From positions 81,048-145,047 of the forward strand of contig JAVRCV020000053.1 in assembly GCA_034530615.2 (NCBI GenBank): a stretch of DNA of 64,000 nucleotides. Direction: 5' to 3'. Numbering within the stretch: position 1 is the first letter of the stretch; each line of letters opens with the position of its first letter. Under the pieces are notes generated by a model that worked only from the letters and a program-made list of their open reading frames with translations, was not told where the DNA came from and searched no databases. A program made the position numbers and the translations under genes. The stretch is from Aulosira sp. ZfuVER01. Lineage in GTDB: Bacteria > Cyanobacteriota > Cyanobacteriia > Cyanobacteriales > Nostocaceae. Of this stretch, positions 21,019 to 31,210 are shown piece after piece.

Positions 21019-21774
21019 ATGCAAGCTGATTCCAACAGTTCTTCTCATGTTGCATCTACTCAGAACGCTCCCAAACTGGGAAAGTTTTTGATCCCGCGTT
21101 CTCAAACCAGAAGTTTCCTGATCAGATTTACTTTCATGACCTGTTTGGGATGGGTTGTTGGTGGCCTTGCCAGTATAGCTTTGGAAAATCTTCTCGATGG
21201 ACTCTCACCCGCTTTTTTTCCAAATCCCCAAACGTGGAACGGCTTTGCTAGCTTTCTGGGTAGTACTGTCTTTGCTGTGATTTTCGCTGCCGATCAAGCA
21301 CTGGTTCTGCGTCCATATATACCTGGTTGGTGGTGGTTGCTAGCTACTAGCATCGGTTGGTTAATTGCCAACAGCGTTTCTACAGCCTGGATTAACTATA
21401 TTTCCTCGATTGCCACATCCTTTAACGAAACTTTATCCCCTGAAGCAATGGTGATTTTGGGAGGCTTGTCTACTATTTCCTATATTATTTCCGGCATTTG
21501 GCTCGGACTTTGCCAATGGCTTGTGTTACGCCGCTACACAGCCAATGCTTGGTGGTGGAATTTTTTACCAGCAATTTGCTTCTTCTTCATCAGTACTTTA
21601 ATTTGGCTACTTTCTCTGTTGCAAAATTTTATTCCCGAAGCCAACCGGACTTCGATATTGTATTGGAATGGGCAAGGATTTACAGCTTTTATTCTGGGAT
21701 TTATCCCAGCAATTGGCTTGTGTACTTTAAAAAGAAAACAACACCACAAACCTGTAATTCCTGGCTCATCCTAA
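21019..21774 (+). CDS. Multi-pass membrane protein of unknown function
   Basis: About six hydrophobic segments; repeated Q.LVLR...WW motif. Confidence 0.8.
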   Translation: MQADSNSSSHVASTQNAPKLGKFLIPRSQTRSFLIRFTFMTCLGWVVGGLASIALENLLDGLSPAFFPNPQTWNGFASFLGSTVFAVIFAADQALVLRPYIPGWWWLLATSIGWLIANSVSTAWINYISSIATSFNETLSPEAMVILGGLSTISYIISGIWLGLCQWLVLRRYTANAWWWNFLPAICFFFISTLIWLLSLLQNFIPEANRTSILYWNGQGFTAFILGFIPAIGLCTLKRKQHHKPVIPGSS

Positions 21775-21804
21775 GATTACTAGGCAGCTAACTGCTGCTT
21801 TTTA

Positions 21805-23880
21805 TTGATGATGCATAAGGATAATCTTTTACAAAATATTACTAAACCACCAGTTGCCGAGAAACACCCAAAAGTTTTAGAGTTACACGGCGATCGCCGC
21901 ATCGACAACTACTTTTGGCTACGCGATATTGATAACCCCCAAGTTAATGCTTATTTAGAAGCTGAAAATACTTATACCGCAGCGATGATGGAACATACCC
22001 AAGCGCTGCAAACCAAACTCTACAATGAAATGCTGGCACGGATTAAAGAAACTGACTTATCAGTGCCATACCGCAAAGATGACTACTACTATTATTTACG
22101 TACTGAAGAAGGCAAAGACTATGGCATTTATTGCCGCAAAAAAGGTAGTTTAGAAGCACCAGAAGAAGTGCTTTTAGATGAAAATGAACTAGCAAAGGAA
22201 CACGAATTTTTTAGCTTAGGGGTATTTGATATTAGCCCCAATCATCAAATCTTAGCTTACTCAGTTGATACTAGCGGTTCTGAGCAATACACACTTTTTT
22301 TCTTAGACTTAACTACATTTAAACTATCCACTGAAAGTATCCCTGATACCTATTTTTCTGTCGCTTGGGCTAACGATAATAAAACGATATTTTATACCAA
22401 AATTGATGATGCTAATCGTCCTTACCAACTATTGCGTCATACACTAGGTACTTCTGTCGATGATGATGTTTTAATTTATGAAGAACTAGATGATATTTAC
22501 CATTTATATGTTGATAAAACCCGCAGTGAAGAATATATTTTGATGCTTTTGAGAAGCAGCATCACTACAGAAGTTCACTATTTAGATGCAAATCATCCTG
22601 AAGGAGATTGGAAATTAATTCACCCACGAACTACAGGGTTGGAATATGAAGTCGATCACCACAGCGATTATTTCTATATTGTTACTAATGATGAGGCGAC
22701 TAACTTTAAACTAGTCAAAACTTTGGTAGATTCCCCAGGTAAAAAAAATTGGCAGACGATAATTCCCCATCAAGAAGATGTATTGCTATCAGGAATTAGC
22801 CTTTTTGCTAATCATTTAGTGATTTATGAAAGAAAAGGTGGCTTAGAAACTGCCAGAGTAAAAAACCTAGCAACAGGTGAGGAAAGTAATATTAATTTTC
22901 CTGAGCCTACTTATGAATTTTACGAAGGCAATAACCCAGAATTTAATACTAGCATTCTGCGTTTTCATTACACTTCTTTTATTACTCCGCAATCAGTTTT
23001 CGATTATAACATGGAAACTAATCAGCGTGAGTTGAAAAAAGAAACAGAAGTGCTTGGTGGCTATGACAGAACTCAGTATCAAAGTGAGTGGCTGATGGCT
23101 ACCGCCGAAGATGGTACACAAATTCCTATATCGATTGTGTACAAACAAGGAATTAAAAAAGATAGCCAAAATCCCTTGTTACTTACAGGATATGGTGCTT
23201 ACGGTGCGTCTTCCTCTGCAACATTTTCCTCAAATCGCCTGACATTGCTAGATAGAGGAGTAGTGTTTGCCATTGCACATATTCGTGGCGGGGAAGAAAT
23301 GGGGCGAAAATGGTATGAACAAGGCAAATTTTTACAGAAAAAGAACACCTTTACAGATTTTATCGCCTGTGCAGAGTATTTGATGAATGAAAAATGGACA
23401 GCAAGCGATCGCCTCGTAATTACAGGCGGTAGTGCTGGCGGCTTATTGATGGGAGCAGTCATTAATTTGCGTCCCGAATTATTCAAAGCAGTAGTCGCTC
23501 ATGTCCCCTTTGTTGATATAGTAACTACTATCTTGGATACCTCATTACCCCTCTCAGCAATGGAATGGGAAGAATGGGGTAATCCCAACGATCCAGTGTA
23601 TTACGAATACATGAAATCTTACTCGCCCTACGATAATGTTGAGGCGAAAGATTATCCAGATATGCTAATTACTGCTGGCTTAAATGATTCTCGCGTCAAA
23701 TATTGGGAACCAGCTAAATGGACAGCCAAACTCCGAGAACTCAAAACAGATAACAACATTCTCCTGTTAAAAACCAATATGGGTGCAGGACATAGTGGCG
23801 CATCTGGACGTTATGAAAGCTTGCGAGAACTGGCTTTTGAGTATACTTTTATCTTAGAGCGTTTGGGCTTGAACAAATAA
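21805..23880 (+). CDS. ptrB: S9 peptidase, oligopeptidase B
   Basis: DNYFWLRD, GGSAGG nucleophile motif, DSRV and GAGH. Confidence 0.9.
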   Translation: MMMHKDNLLQNITKPPVAEKHPKVLELHGDRRIDNYFWLRDIDNPQVNAYLEAENTYTAAMMEHTQALQTKLYNEMLARIKETDLSVPYRKDDYYYYLRTEEGKDYGIYCRKKGSLEAPEEVLLDENELAKEHEFFSLGVFDISPNHQILAYSVDTSGSEQYTLFFLDLTTFKLSTESIPDTYFSVAWANDNKTIFYTKIDDANRPYQLLRHTLGTSVDDDVLIYEELDDIYHLYVDKTRSEEYILMLLRSSITTEVHYLDANHPEGDWKLIHPRTTGLEYEVDHHSDYFYIVTNDEATNFKLVKTLVDSPGKKNWQTIIPHQEDVLLSGISLFANHLVIYERKGGLETARVKNLATGEESNINFPEPTYEFYEGNNPEFNTSILRFHYTSFITPQSVFDYNMETNQRELKKETEVLGGYDRTQYQSEWLMATAEDGTQIPISIVYKQGIKKDSQNPLLLTGYGAYGASSSATFSSNRLTLLDRGVVFAIAHIRGGEEMGRKWYEQGKFLQKKNTFTDFIACAEYLMNEKWTASDRLVITGGSAGGLLMGAVINLRPELFKAVVAHVPFVDIVTTILDTSLPLSAMEWEEWGNPNDPVYYEYMKSYSPYDNVEAKDYPDMLITAGLNDSRVKYWEPAKWTAKLRELKTDNNILLLKTNMGAGHSGASGRYESLRELAFEYTFILERLGLNK

Positions 23881-23883
23881 TTT

Positions 23884-23910
23884 CTAATTCGTAATTCGTA
23901 ATTCGTAATT
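23884..23910. repeat. Heptamer tandem (TAATTCG)n
   Basis: Seen directly. Confidence 0.8.
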
Positions 23911-24073
23911 AAGAGAGACAGAGCAACTGCTGAATTGAAAATTTAACGTTTTTCAATTAGTAGTGTTTTCTTGCCTCTACTAATTACGAATTAGTTTGAC
24001 CAGTATCTAGTAAAATAAAGATTGCGTTGTCCTATCGCTAACGTCATCTACAAAACTGACTAGGGAATCAATA

Positions 24074-24844
24074 ATGAGTCGCAAAAAAATAGCTTTTCCA
24101 AATGATTTTGAATTTTATTATATTAGTAGCAAGGAAGAAACAGAATATATATATTCAGAAATATTTACTGAACAGCAATATCTTCAAAATGGCATTGTCA
24201 TCAATGAAGGTGACTATATATTTGATGTAGGGGCAAATATTGGATTGTTTTCTTTGTTTGTTAACAGAATTCAAAATAAAGTCAAAATTTATGCTTTTGA
24301 GCCGATCGAGCAAACCTTTCTAACACTAGAGGAAAATACTCGTCTGCATAACCTTGATAATATTCAATTATTTAATTATGGAATAAGTTCAGAAGATAAC
24401 CCTGAAAAAATATTTATTTTTTATCCAAACATGGCTGGTAACTCTACCACAAAGCCAGGTGACATAATAGCTGATGCAGATGATGTTAAGGAAGAAATAG
24501 ATTCAGAACATATAGAAGACTTATTTACCAGCTTTTTTGAAGAGGAGCAACAAGTTAAATGTCAGGTGAGAACCCTATCTTCTGTGATGAATGAATTAGG
24601 TATTAATTCCATAGATTTATTAAAAATTGATGTGGAAGGTGCAGAATATGAGGTTCTCCAGGGGATAGCCGACAAGGACTGGCCGAAAATCAAGCAAATA
24701 GTTGGCGAAGTTCATAATAAAAAAGGACGAGTAGAGAAAATTCAACAATTATTAATCTCTCATGGATTTAATATCAAGCTGGAAAAAAGAGAACAGTTGC
24801 CATCTACATACGTTGATACCTACAATTTGTATGCTGTGCGCTAA
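24074..24844 (+). CDS. FkbM-family methyltransferase
   Basis: FDVGANIG, AFEP and LLKIDVEGAE motifs; AT-rich, no HIP1 site. Confidence 0.92.
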   Translation: MSRKKIAFPNDFEFYYISSKEETEYIYSEIFTEQQYLQNGIVINEGDYIFDVGANIGLFSLFVNRIQNKVKIYAFEPIEQTFLTLEENTRLHNLDNIQLFNYGISSEDNPEKIFIFYPNMAGNSTTKPGDIIADADDVKEEIDSEHIEDLFTSFFEEEQQVKCQVRTLSSVMNELGINSIDLLKIDVEGAEYEVLQGIADKDWPKIKQIVGEVHNKKGRVEKIQQLLISHGFNIKLEKREQLPSTYVDTYNLYAVR

Positions 24845-24854
24845 ATCTGTTTAC

Positions 24855-25050
24855 TAGTACACATCGGCGGAAATCAACCACCAATTCCAAATCAATAGAC
24901 TTCTTGCAAAAATAGGGATAGGAAGAAAATGAACCACAGATAAACACCGATATTTATCTGTGGTTCGATATCCCAGAAATTAACTTATGCAAGAGGTCTA
25001 ATGAATGATGACACTGTATTGATTTGGAATTGTGAATTACGGCGTTACTA
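24855..25050. mobile_element. Nested MITE-like inverted-repeat elements
   Basis: Outer CAATTCCAAATCAATA/TATTGATTTGGAATTG; inner TAGACTTCTTGCA/TGCAAGAGGTCTA; innermost AACCACAGATAAA/TTTATCTGTGGTT. Confidence 0.7.
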
Positions 25051-26349
25051 GGAGTTTCCAGACCGCATTAAGTCTAGATATGCTTGAAATTTTTTCAGGG
25101 CTGTTTCTGGAGATGCACCTAACATTGTGGCTTCAATTGCTCTACCAAGACTTTCAGACACACGACTATAACCAGAAATAATTGGTCGAGAACCTGATAC
25201 AGACATCTGCTCAAGAAAAACTTTCAGAGCAGGTTTTTGCTTAAGAAATTCTTGGTAAGCTTGGCTTTGAGTAGATTTGATATTTACTGGCAAAAAACCT
25301 GAGCCAATACTCCATTCGGTTTGGAATTCTTCGCTAAGAACGTATTCTAAAAACTTCAAAGCGGCTTGTTCTCTTGTGGGTGTAGTTTTCATGACAAATA
25401 AATTGCCACTAGCAAGCACGGTTGCTGGCTGACGGTTAGCAGGAATGGGGAGTACATCAAAATCAACTTTACTTTGCATGATGAACGTCCAAGGCCCCGT
25501 TAACTGCATAGCAACACGACCGGCAATAAAATCATCTTCTTCATATCCCCGTTCGGGTGCAGAGAATTTAGTCGAGCCATCTTTAATCAAGTCTTGCCAA
25601 AATTGTAAAGCAGCGATCGCACTAGGATTAACCAAATTGGGATGGTTATTTTCAACCAGCGTTCCACCACTACTTAATAAAAAAGGAAACCATGTAAAGA
25701 CTGTCCATTCTCCTTTTCCCAAAGGCATTAACATCCCATACTGATCTGGTCTTTTGTCACCATTCCGGTCTATTGTCAGTTTTTTAGCAACTTGGCGTAA
25801 TTCTTCCCAAGTTTTGGGTAACTCAGTAATTCCCGCAGCTTTAAACAGATCCCTTCTGTAAAAAATGCCAACATTACCAGCAAATAGAGGAACTGACCAA
25901 ATATGCCCATCTAAAAGCATCTCACCAAAGCAATTCTGGATAATTTCTGATTTGATTGGTGATTTATTGAGCCAATCTTCTAGGGGGCGAATTGCTCCCA
26001 GTTCTACAAACTGACCTGTAATCTGGGGATTGAAGAATAAAATATCAGGTTGAGCTTTGCCAATAACGGCGGTTAAGACTTTGGGTATTTGTTGGTCGAG
26101 TTGACCTGCGTAAATAGAATCTACATAAATATCAGAATGATTCTGATTAAATTTGTCTACCAGTTTTTGAAATATATCTCGATTGGGAGGCGGATTAATC
26201 CCATGCCAAAGAGTGAGATGTACGATTTGATTGTTGGCTGGGTTAACAGTTTGACAACCGCCGACTGTGAGTAAAAATAGACCCAGTAAAATGACAAATA
26301 GCGATCGCCGCAACATCTGGCCAAGTTGATGACTGGATTGTAATAGCAT
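25048..26349 (-). CDS. ABC transporter sugar-type substrate-binding lipoprotein
   Basis: Lipobox-like VGGC; YRRDLFKAAG..PKTWEEL; F.AGRVAM..GPW. Confidence 0.9.
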   Translation of the reverse strand: MLLQSSHQLGQMLRRSLFVILLGLFLLTVGGCQTVNPANNQIVHLTLWHGINPPPNRDIFQKLVDKFNQNHSDIYVDSIYAGQLDQQIPKVLTAVIGKAQPDILFFNPQITGQFVELGAIRPLEDWLNKSPIKSEIIQNCFGEMLLDGHIWSVPLFAGNVGIFYRRDLFKAAGITELPKTWEELRQVAKKLTIDRNGDKRPDQYGMLMPLGKGEWTVFTWFPFLLSSGGTLVENNHPNLVNPSAIAALQFWQDLIKDGSTKFSAPERGYEEDDFIAGRVAMQLTGPWTFIMQSKVDFDVLPIPANRQPATVLASGNLFVMKTTPTREQAALKFLEYVLSEEFQTEWSIGSGFLPVNIKSTQSQAYQEFLKQKPALKVFLEQMSVSGSRPIISGYSRVSESLGRAIEATMLGASPETALKKFQAYLDLMRSGNS

Positions 26350-26357
26350 TTCGGATT

Positions 26358-27443
26358 TTAGAGTTTAGTTAACAATTGACTGAATTTTTGTGCGATCGCA
26401 GGTGCATCAAACTCAACAACTTTAGCACGGCCTGCTTTGCCTAACGCTAGGGCTTTTTCGGGCGATAAGAGTACCTCTGCTAAACAACGTGCTAAATCTT
26501 CCGGATCTAAAGGAGTTGCTAATAAACCTTGTACGCCATCTTCAATCAACTCTGGTGTAGACGACGAACGACTAGCCACAATTGGTTTACTGCTGGCCAT
26601 TGCTTCTGCAAAAACAATCCCAAAGCCTTCTTGCAGACTTGGTAAACAGAATACATGGCAACGGACATACTCGCGTACCAAATATTCATAGGGAACGTAA
26701 CCCAAGAACGTCACATTTTGATTTAAATCGAGTTCTTGGGTAAGACGGCGCAGGTTGTTCCACTCTGGCCCCTGACTAGCAATTCGCACTTCCACATCTG
26801 GTATTTGACGACGAAGAATTGCTGTGGCCCGGATTAAAGTAGCAACATTTTTGCGGGGATATTGTACGCCAACACATAATATAGTTGGGCGTGGATTAGT
26901 TATATTTTCTTCACTATCGGTTACAGATCCTAAAGCCCGATCCCACCCTTGCACATCAATGGGAGGTGGGACAATTTCAATCTCTCCCTTATAGTTATAA
27001 AGTTGGGCGAGCCTAGCGCTGGAATACTCACTAGTAGCGATCGCCATATTCGCACGATGGACGCTAACTTGCTCGGCTTTTGCCATTAATTCTAAAGAGG
27101 TACGTACCCAACCCCGCTCAAACTTGGCTTCGTCAGCGATAATACCGTGAATATAAGCAATAAAAGGTGCTTTGATGCGATCGCCAATGGTGTAGCCATC
27201 CATATCTAGACCAATTACTGCATCGTATTTGTCAAAATCCAGCGGATCGAGTCCCCAGTTCCAACGGAAGCGCTGCACCATATAACCCATAGGGCCGGAT
27301 GCTTTATTTGGCGCGAACACATCAACTTTATGACCCTGCGATCGCAATTGAGTAATCAAGTGGGCATTCCCGACAAAAGTACCGCTTCCTAGTTTGGCAT
27401 TTTGGGGAGTTGCTGTAATAAATGCTAGCTTCATCTTTTGCAA
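26358..27443 (-). CDS. Glycosyltransferase family 4
   Basis: RKN and PSLQEGFGIVFAEAMAS motifs. Confidence 0.92.
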   Translation of the reverse strand: MQKMKLAFITATPQNAKLGSGTFVGNAHLITQLRSQGHKVDVFAPNKASGPMGYMVQRFRWNWGLDPLDFDKYDAVIGLDMDGYTIGDRIKAPFIAYIHGIIADEAKFERGWVRTSLELMAKAEQVSVHRANMAIATSEYSSARLAQLYNYKGEIEIVPPPIDVQGWDRALGSVTDSEENITNPRPTILCVGVQYPRKNVATLIRATAILRRQIPDVEVRIASQGPEWNNLRRLTQELDLNQNVTFLGYVPYEYLVREYVRCHVFCLPSLQEGFGIVFAEAMASSKPIVASRSSSTPELIEDGVQGLLATPLDPEDLARCLAEVLLSPEKALALGKAGRAKVVEFDAPAIAQKFSQLLTKL

Positions 27444-27785
27444 TAGTTTAGTTGATTTTGTTTTACAAAGAGACTGATATTGAGTTTGAGATAAGTCTGC
27501 CTTTTGCCAATCCTAGGGAAATTGGTGGTATAAAAGTCAAGATCGAGGTTTATTTCCTGATTAGAGCAGCAGACTTGTTCAATCACAAGGGACTCGTATT
27601 ATTGCCAGAAATATTTAATTTAAATGAAATTTTTTCTAAAATAATTAGCTTTGTGTAGCTAACAGATTTGTTGCAATTAGTTACATAATCGTCAGCTTTC
27701 TATTGCAGTTTGTAACTATTTTGTGCAACCTCAAGGACTATTCCTTTAGACTGAATCTCAATAGAAAATATTGGGATCAAGACCA

Positions 27786-28106
27786 ATGCATTCGGTAAAC
27801 ATATTTTGTCACGAGTTTGTAGTTGCTGTTTCTTTTGTGGCTTGTATTGTTGGTCTATTGATACTTTGGGATAGCAAGCAGCAAAAAGATGAAATGGAAG
27901 AAACAGAGCAGATTCTGTTTAGAATGAGCTTTACTTACTGGCTAGTTTATTGTGTTGCTTTTGGCTTGGACAAAATACTTTTACCAAGCTGGGAACCGAT
28001 AGTAATGTCTTTAAAAATAACTACAGCTCTGTCATATTTTTTAACATTTTCTTGTATCCTCAGTTTACCACTCCACAGATTTGCAGTACATCAGATAGAA
28101 GAATAG
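27786..28106 (+). CDS. Small membrane protein (about 3 TM helices), unknown function
   Basis: ATG at 27786; hydrophobic helices. Confidence 0.65.
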   Translation: MHSVNIFCHEFVVAVSFVACIVGLLILWDSKQQKDEMEETEQILFRMSFTYWLVYCVAFGLDKILLPSWEPIVMSLKITTALSYFLTFSCILSLPLHRFAVHQIEE

Positions 28107-28161
28107 TTGAGAGTCAACAGTGCATAGTCGATGAACTATGGACTATTGACTATTGAGATGA

Positions 28162-28455
28162 TTAACTTTTCATAGCGATCGCGATCGCCTCTAAAAGACT
28201 ATCTCGATCTAAAGTCGTCAATATAAATACCTCCTGTACCGTCTTTCCTTGGCGAGCGATGACTTTATAACCCCCCCGAATCGGTACAGACACACGCAGT
28301 TGCATTTTGGGAGCATGACCTCTAACTCGTCCAATTACGCCTGGTGTCACGGTTTGAATGCCATGCTGCTGACACAAACGTTCTAATATGGGGATGAGAC
28401 CACTAATGTGGGTTGAGTGATTCCAGACTAATCTACCATCATTGGGTTTGCCCAT
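28162..28455 (-). CDS. DUF2103-like protein
   Basis: GRLVWNHSTH..TPG..ARQGKTVQEVF; commonly adjacent to cyanobacterial clpS. Confidence 0.8.
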   Translation of the reverse strand: MGKPNDGRLVWNHSTHISGLIPILERLCQQHGIQTVTPGVIGRVRGHAPKMQLRVSVPIRGGYKVIARQGKTVQEVFILTTLDRDSLLEAIAIAMKS

Positions 28456-28459
28456 TAAT

Positions 28460-28765
28460 TTAAGCTGCCTCTAGCGGAGCCATTGTCAAACCCGCACGCC
28501 GCAGTTGCTGGTGATATAGTTCTGCTGGTTCTTGGGGGCCTACCCAAACGATCGCTTGACCTTCAAAATGTATTTGGTTAGTCAAATCCCAAGCTTGGTC
28601 GCTTGTCATCCCCGGAATATACTTCATCAGACACTCAGCTACGTGCTGAAATGTATTAAAGTCGTCGTTTAAAACGATAACTTTGTAATTTGGATATAGC
28701 TTGCGGGTTACTTGATTAGACCGTTCAGGAGCTATAGTTGGTGATGTGGAAAGTCTGGTCACCAT
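28460..28765 (-). CDS. clpS: Clp protease adaptor ClpS
   Basis: YKVIVLNDDFNTFQHV..IHFEGQA motif. Confidence 0.95.
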   Translation of the reverse strand: MVTRLSTSPTIAPERSNQVTRKLYPNYKVIVLNDDFNTFQHVAECLMKYIPGMTSDQAWDLTNQIHFEGQAIVWVGPQEPAELYHQQLRRAGLTMAPLEAA

Positions 28766-28928
28766 AAAACAGTTAATCAACAGGACTTTATAACACTACA
28801 CTACAAATAACTAGTTTAGTCCATCCTCCAGAATCAAGAGTTGGTTCCCGGATTTTCCATCTCATCATGACATACTACTCATTAGGCATAAGTTGAAGAG
28901 GCGATCGCACAATTCACAAGCATGTCTT

Positions 28929-29029
28929 ATACCATTTTGGATTTTGGATTTTAGATTTTGGATTGTAAAAGATTGATTGAGCAAGCTTTTGGACGATCCA
29001 TCTGTCGCAATCATTTTTCAAATTGGTAT
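28929..29029. mobile_element. MITE-like element (ATACCA.TTT ... AAATTGGTAT) containing (ATTTTGG)n heptamers
   Basis: Terminal inverted repeat; its right end resembles the element end starting at 14495. Confidence 0.6.
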
Positions 29030-29183
29030 TATTAATCAATTTTCTCTTGATCTGCCAAGGTTAGAGGGATACTGACATTTCTTAATTGTCATATATTTAA
29101 CATTGCCACACTCTAGAAGGGTATCGCTACATAAACTCAGATCACCTGCGTGGGCTAGATGCAATAAGAAATAAGTGTTTGAG

Positions 29184-29211
29184 CTTAAGTTGACGCCAAT
29201 GTAGCCCCTAC
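29184..29211. mobile_element. Solo IS4/MITE end abutting a REP-like half (…GCCCCTAC)
   Basis: CTTAAGTTGACGCCAATG matches the IS terminal repeat at 17/18, followed by TAGCCCCTAC. Confidence 0.75.
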
Positions 29212-29536
29212 GAGTCAGGTAATTGTATGTAGTCACGACAATTTTTTAAATTGCATGAAAATAGCTAGAAATACTCTAGGCCTAAACAAATAAGCTGAGT
29301 TAGCTTATCACGTAGCAAGAGCCTCAAAACTCCTGCTTAACTTGTGGTATAGCCGAAATAATGGAGATAATTGCCAACAAAATCAGCTTTTGAGGAAAAT
29401 TTCTCCCACTAAGGATATTCTCATGATTATTGCAATAAAATTTAGTAATTTTCCGCAATTGTCACCAGGACGATTGTGTATAACATTGATTAATCTTTAA
29501 CTAGACGGCAACAAAGCTTCTATAGTATTTTTTCCT

Positions 29537-29716
29537 ATGGCTCCCAAACTTAAGAAATTTCAATTTCCACTTTGGCATTATCTCAACCAGCCCTTGTTTA
29601 GTAGCCACACTAAATTAATATGGAATCCTCGTACTTTTGCTTCTATATGGCGAATTCAACTTTTAGAACGTTGTTGGCATAGAGAATGTGATGCCAAAGG
29701 ACCTCAACAGCATTAA
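29537..29716 (+). CDS. Small hypothetical protein, 59 aa (not in ORF track)
   Basis: MAPKLKKFQFPLWHYLNQPLFSSHTKLIWNPRTFASIWRIQLLERCWHRECDAKGPQQH; fills an otherwise empty gap. Confidence 0.65.
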   Translation: MAPKLKKFQFPLWHYLNQPLFSSHTKLIWNPRTFASIWRIQLLERCWHRECDAKGPQQH

Positions 29717-29739
29717 ATGACTATTATTAAGGGTGCAAA

Positions 29740-31035
29740 TTAAGCCTCGTCTAAAGTACGAGGCTTTTTACCGTCTAGTAAAGCACTGACTGTCATATCT
29801 CCCATGACATTAATTGCAGTCCGGCAACGATCTAAAAACCAATCTACTGTCACCAACAAAGCAATATACTGTGTCGGCAAACCAACGGAAGTAAACACCA
29901 AAGTCATTGTTACTAATCCTGCATTGGGAATACCGGCTGCGCCCACAGATGCAAAAATCGATGTCAGGACAACGATTAACTGTTGTCCTAAACTCAGATG
30001 TTGCCCTAGTACTTGGGAAATATACAATGCAGACATCGCCTCATACAAGGCTGTCCCATCATTGTTAAAGTTTGCGCCGACTAATGCGCCTAAAGAAGCT
30101 GAAGATTCCCTTAAACCAATTTTTGTTTGCAAAATCTCAAAGGTAATCGGCATTGTTACCGTTGAGGAAGATGTGGAAAAAGCTGTCAAAAACGCATCGG
30201 AACCACCTGCGAGAAACTTTAATGGCTCAACCCAAGAACCGAATTGTACCCTAGTGAGATAGTAGCAAGCTTGTAATGCTAGAGCTACTAACACCGCCAC
30301 AATAAACGCCGCTAGAGATTGGAAGGGAGCAAAACCTTTTTCAGCAACAGTTTTAGCAACAATTCCAAATACAGCCAAAGGGACTAAAGCAATTACCCAA
30401 TTCAGGATACGAATTACCGCCTCAAATAAAATCCCAATCACATCTTCTATTGGTTGGTATGCTGTTTTGCCTTGGGTGATTTGTTCTGATTTTAATGCCC
30501 TTAGCACAATCCCAAAGGAAAGGGCAATAACTATTAGTTGGATAACATTATTATCGACTAGAGGCTTGAGGATTGCGTCGGGAACAGCATCTTTGAATAA
30601 ACCCCAAGGATCGAGACTTTCACCAGCTATTTCCGTACCTGTTGGCGTTACAGCTAAATTTCCCCAACTACCTGGATGTAGGACGTTGGCGACAAACAGC
30701 CCTACCAAAATAGCTACGGTAGTGTTTGTTAACAACAGTACTGCTAGCCGTCTGCCTGCTGTACCAGGAATATTGGTAGTCATGAAGGTGTGCAGGACTG
30801 CTACGAGAATTAAGGGCGTAGCTAGGGCGCGGAGAGCCTTTAGCACCAATTCCGCAGGTATGGCGAGGTTGGTAATCAAAGTAGCATTGTCTGGGCTAGG
30901 ATTTCCTGCACCGAGGGCAATTCCTAAGCTGACAGCCAGCACTAGGGCGATAATAATTTGTAATGTCAGAGGGATACGCAGCCACCAAGGACGGGTCTTG
31001 GTTTCAAGCGAAGTAATGGTCTCTGGTTCAGTCAT
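29740..31035 (-). CDS. Dicarboxylate/amino acid:cation symporter (DAACS)
   Basis: AFSTSSS, NFNNDGTALY and DRCRTAINVMGD motifs. Confidence 0.93.
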   Translation of the reverse strand: MTEPETITSLETKTRPWWLRIPLTLQIIIALVLAVSLGIALGAGNPSPDNATLITNLAIPAELVLKALRALATPLILVAVLHTFMTTNIPGTAGRRLAVLLLTNTTVAILVGLFVANVLHPGSWGNLAVTPTGTEIAGESLDPWGLFKDAVPDAILKPLVDNNVIQLIVIALSFGIVLRALKSEQITQGKTAYQPIEDVIGILFEAVIRILNWVIALVPLAVFGIVAKTVAEKGFAPFQSLAAFIVAVLVALALQACYYLTRVQFGSWVEPLKFLAGGSDAFLTAFSTSSSTVTMPITFEILQTKIGLRESSASLGALVGANFNNDGTALYEAMSALYISQVLGQHLSLGQQLIVVLTSIFASVGAAGIPNAGLVTMTLVFTSVGLPTQYIALLVTVDWFLDRCRTAINVMGDMTVSALLDGKKPRTLDEA

Positions 31036-31210
31036 TGCTAGATGCTCGGTAACTGGACTGCTGTAACTATTTAAACATCACTTGCGGAAGTGAAATTTCT
31101 GCAAAAGCGTTAATCTAAGATCCCGTTGCTTTCTTTGCAGAATTCTGCTCAAAGGGGTATGTCACTAGTATGCCCTGCGAGCTATCGTCAGCTTGTGGTT
31201 GGAGATTGAT

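Noticed and set aside
27655..27730. NtcA site upstream of the 27786 gene
   Set aside because: TAGTTACA/TGTAACTA inverted arms are present, but no correctly spaced GTA-N8-TAC.
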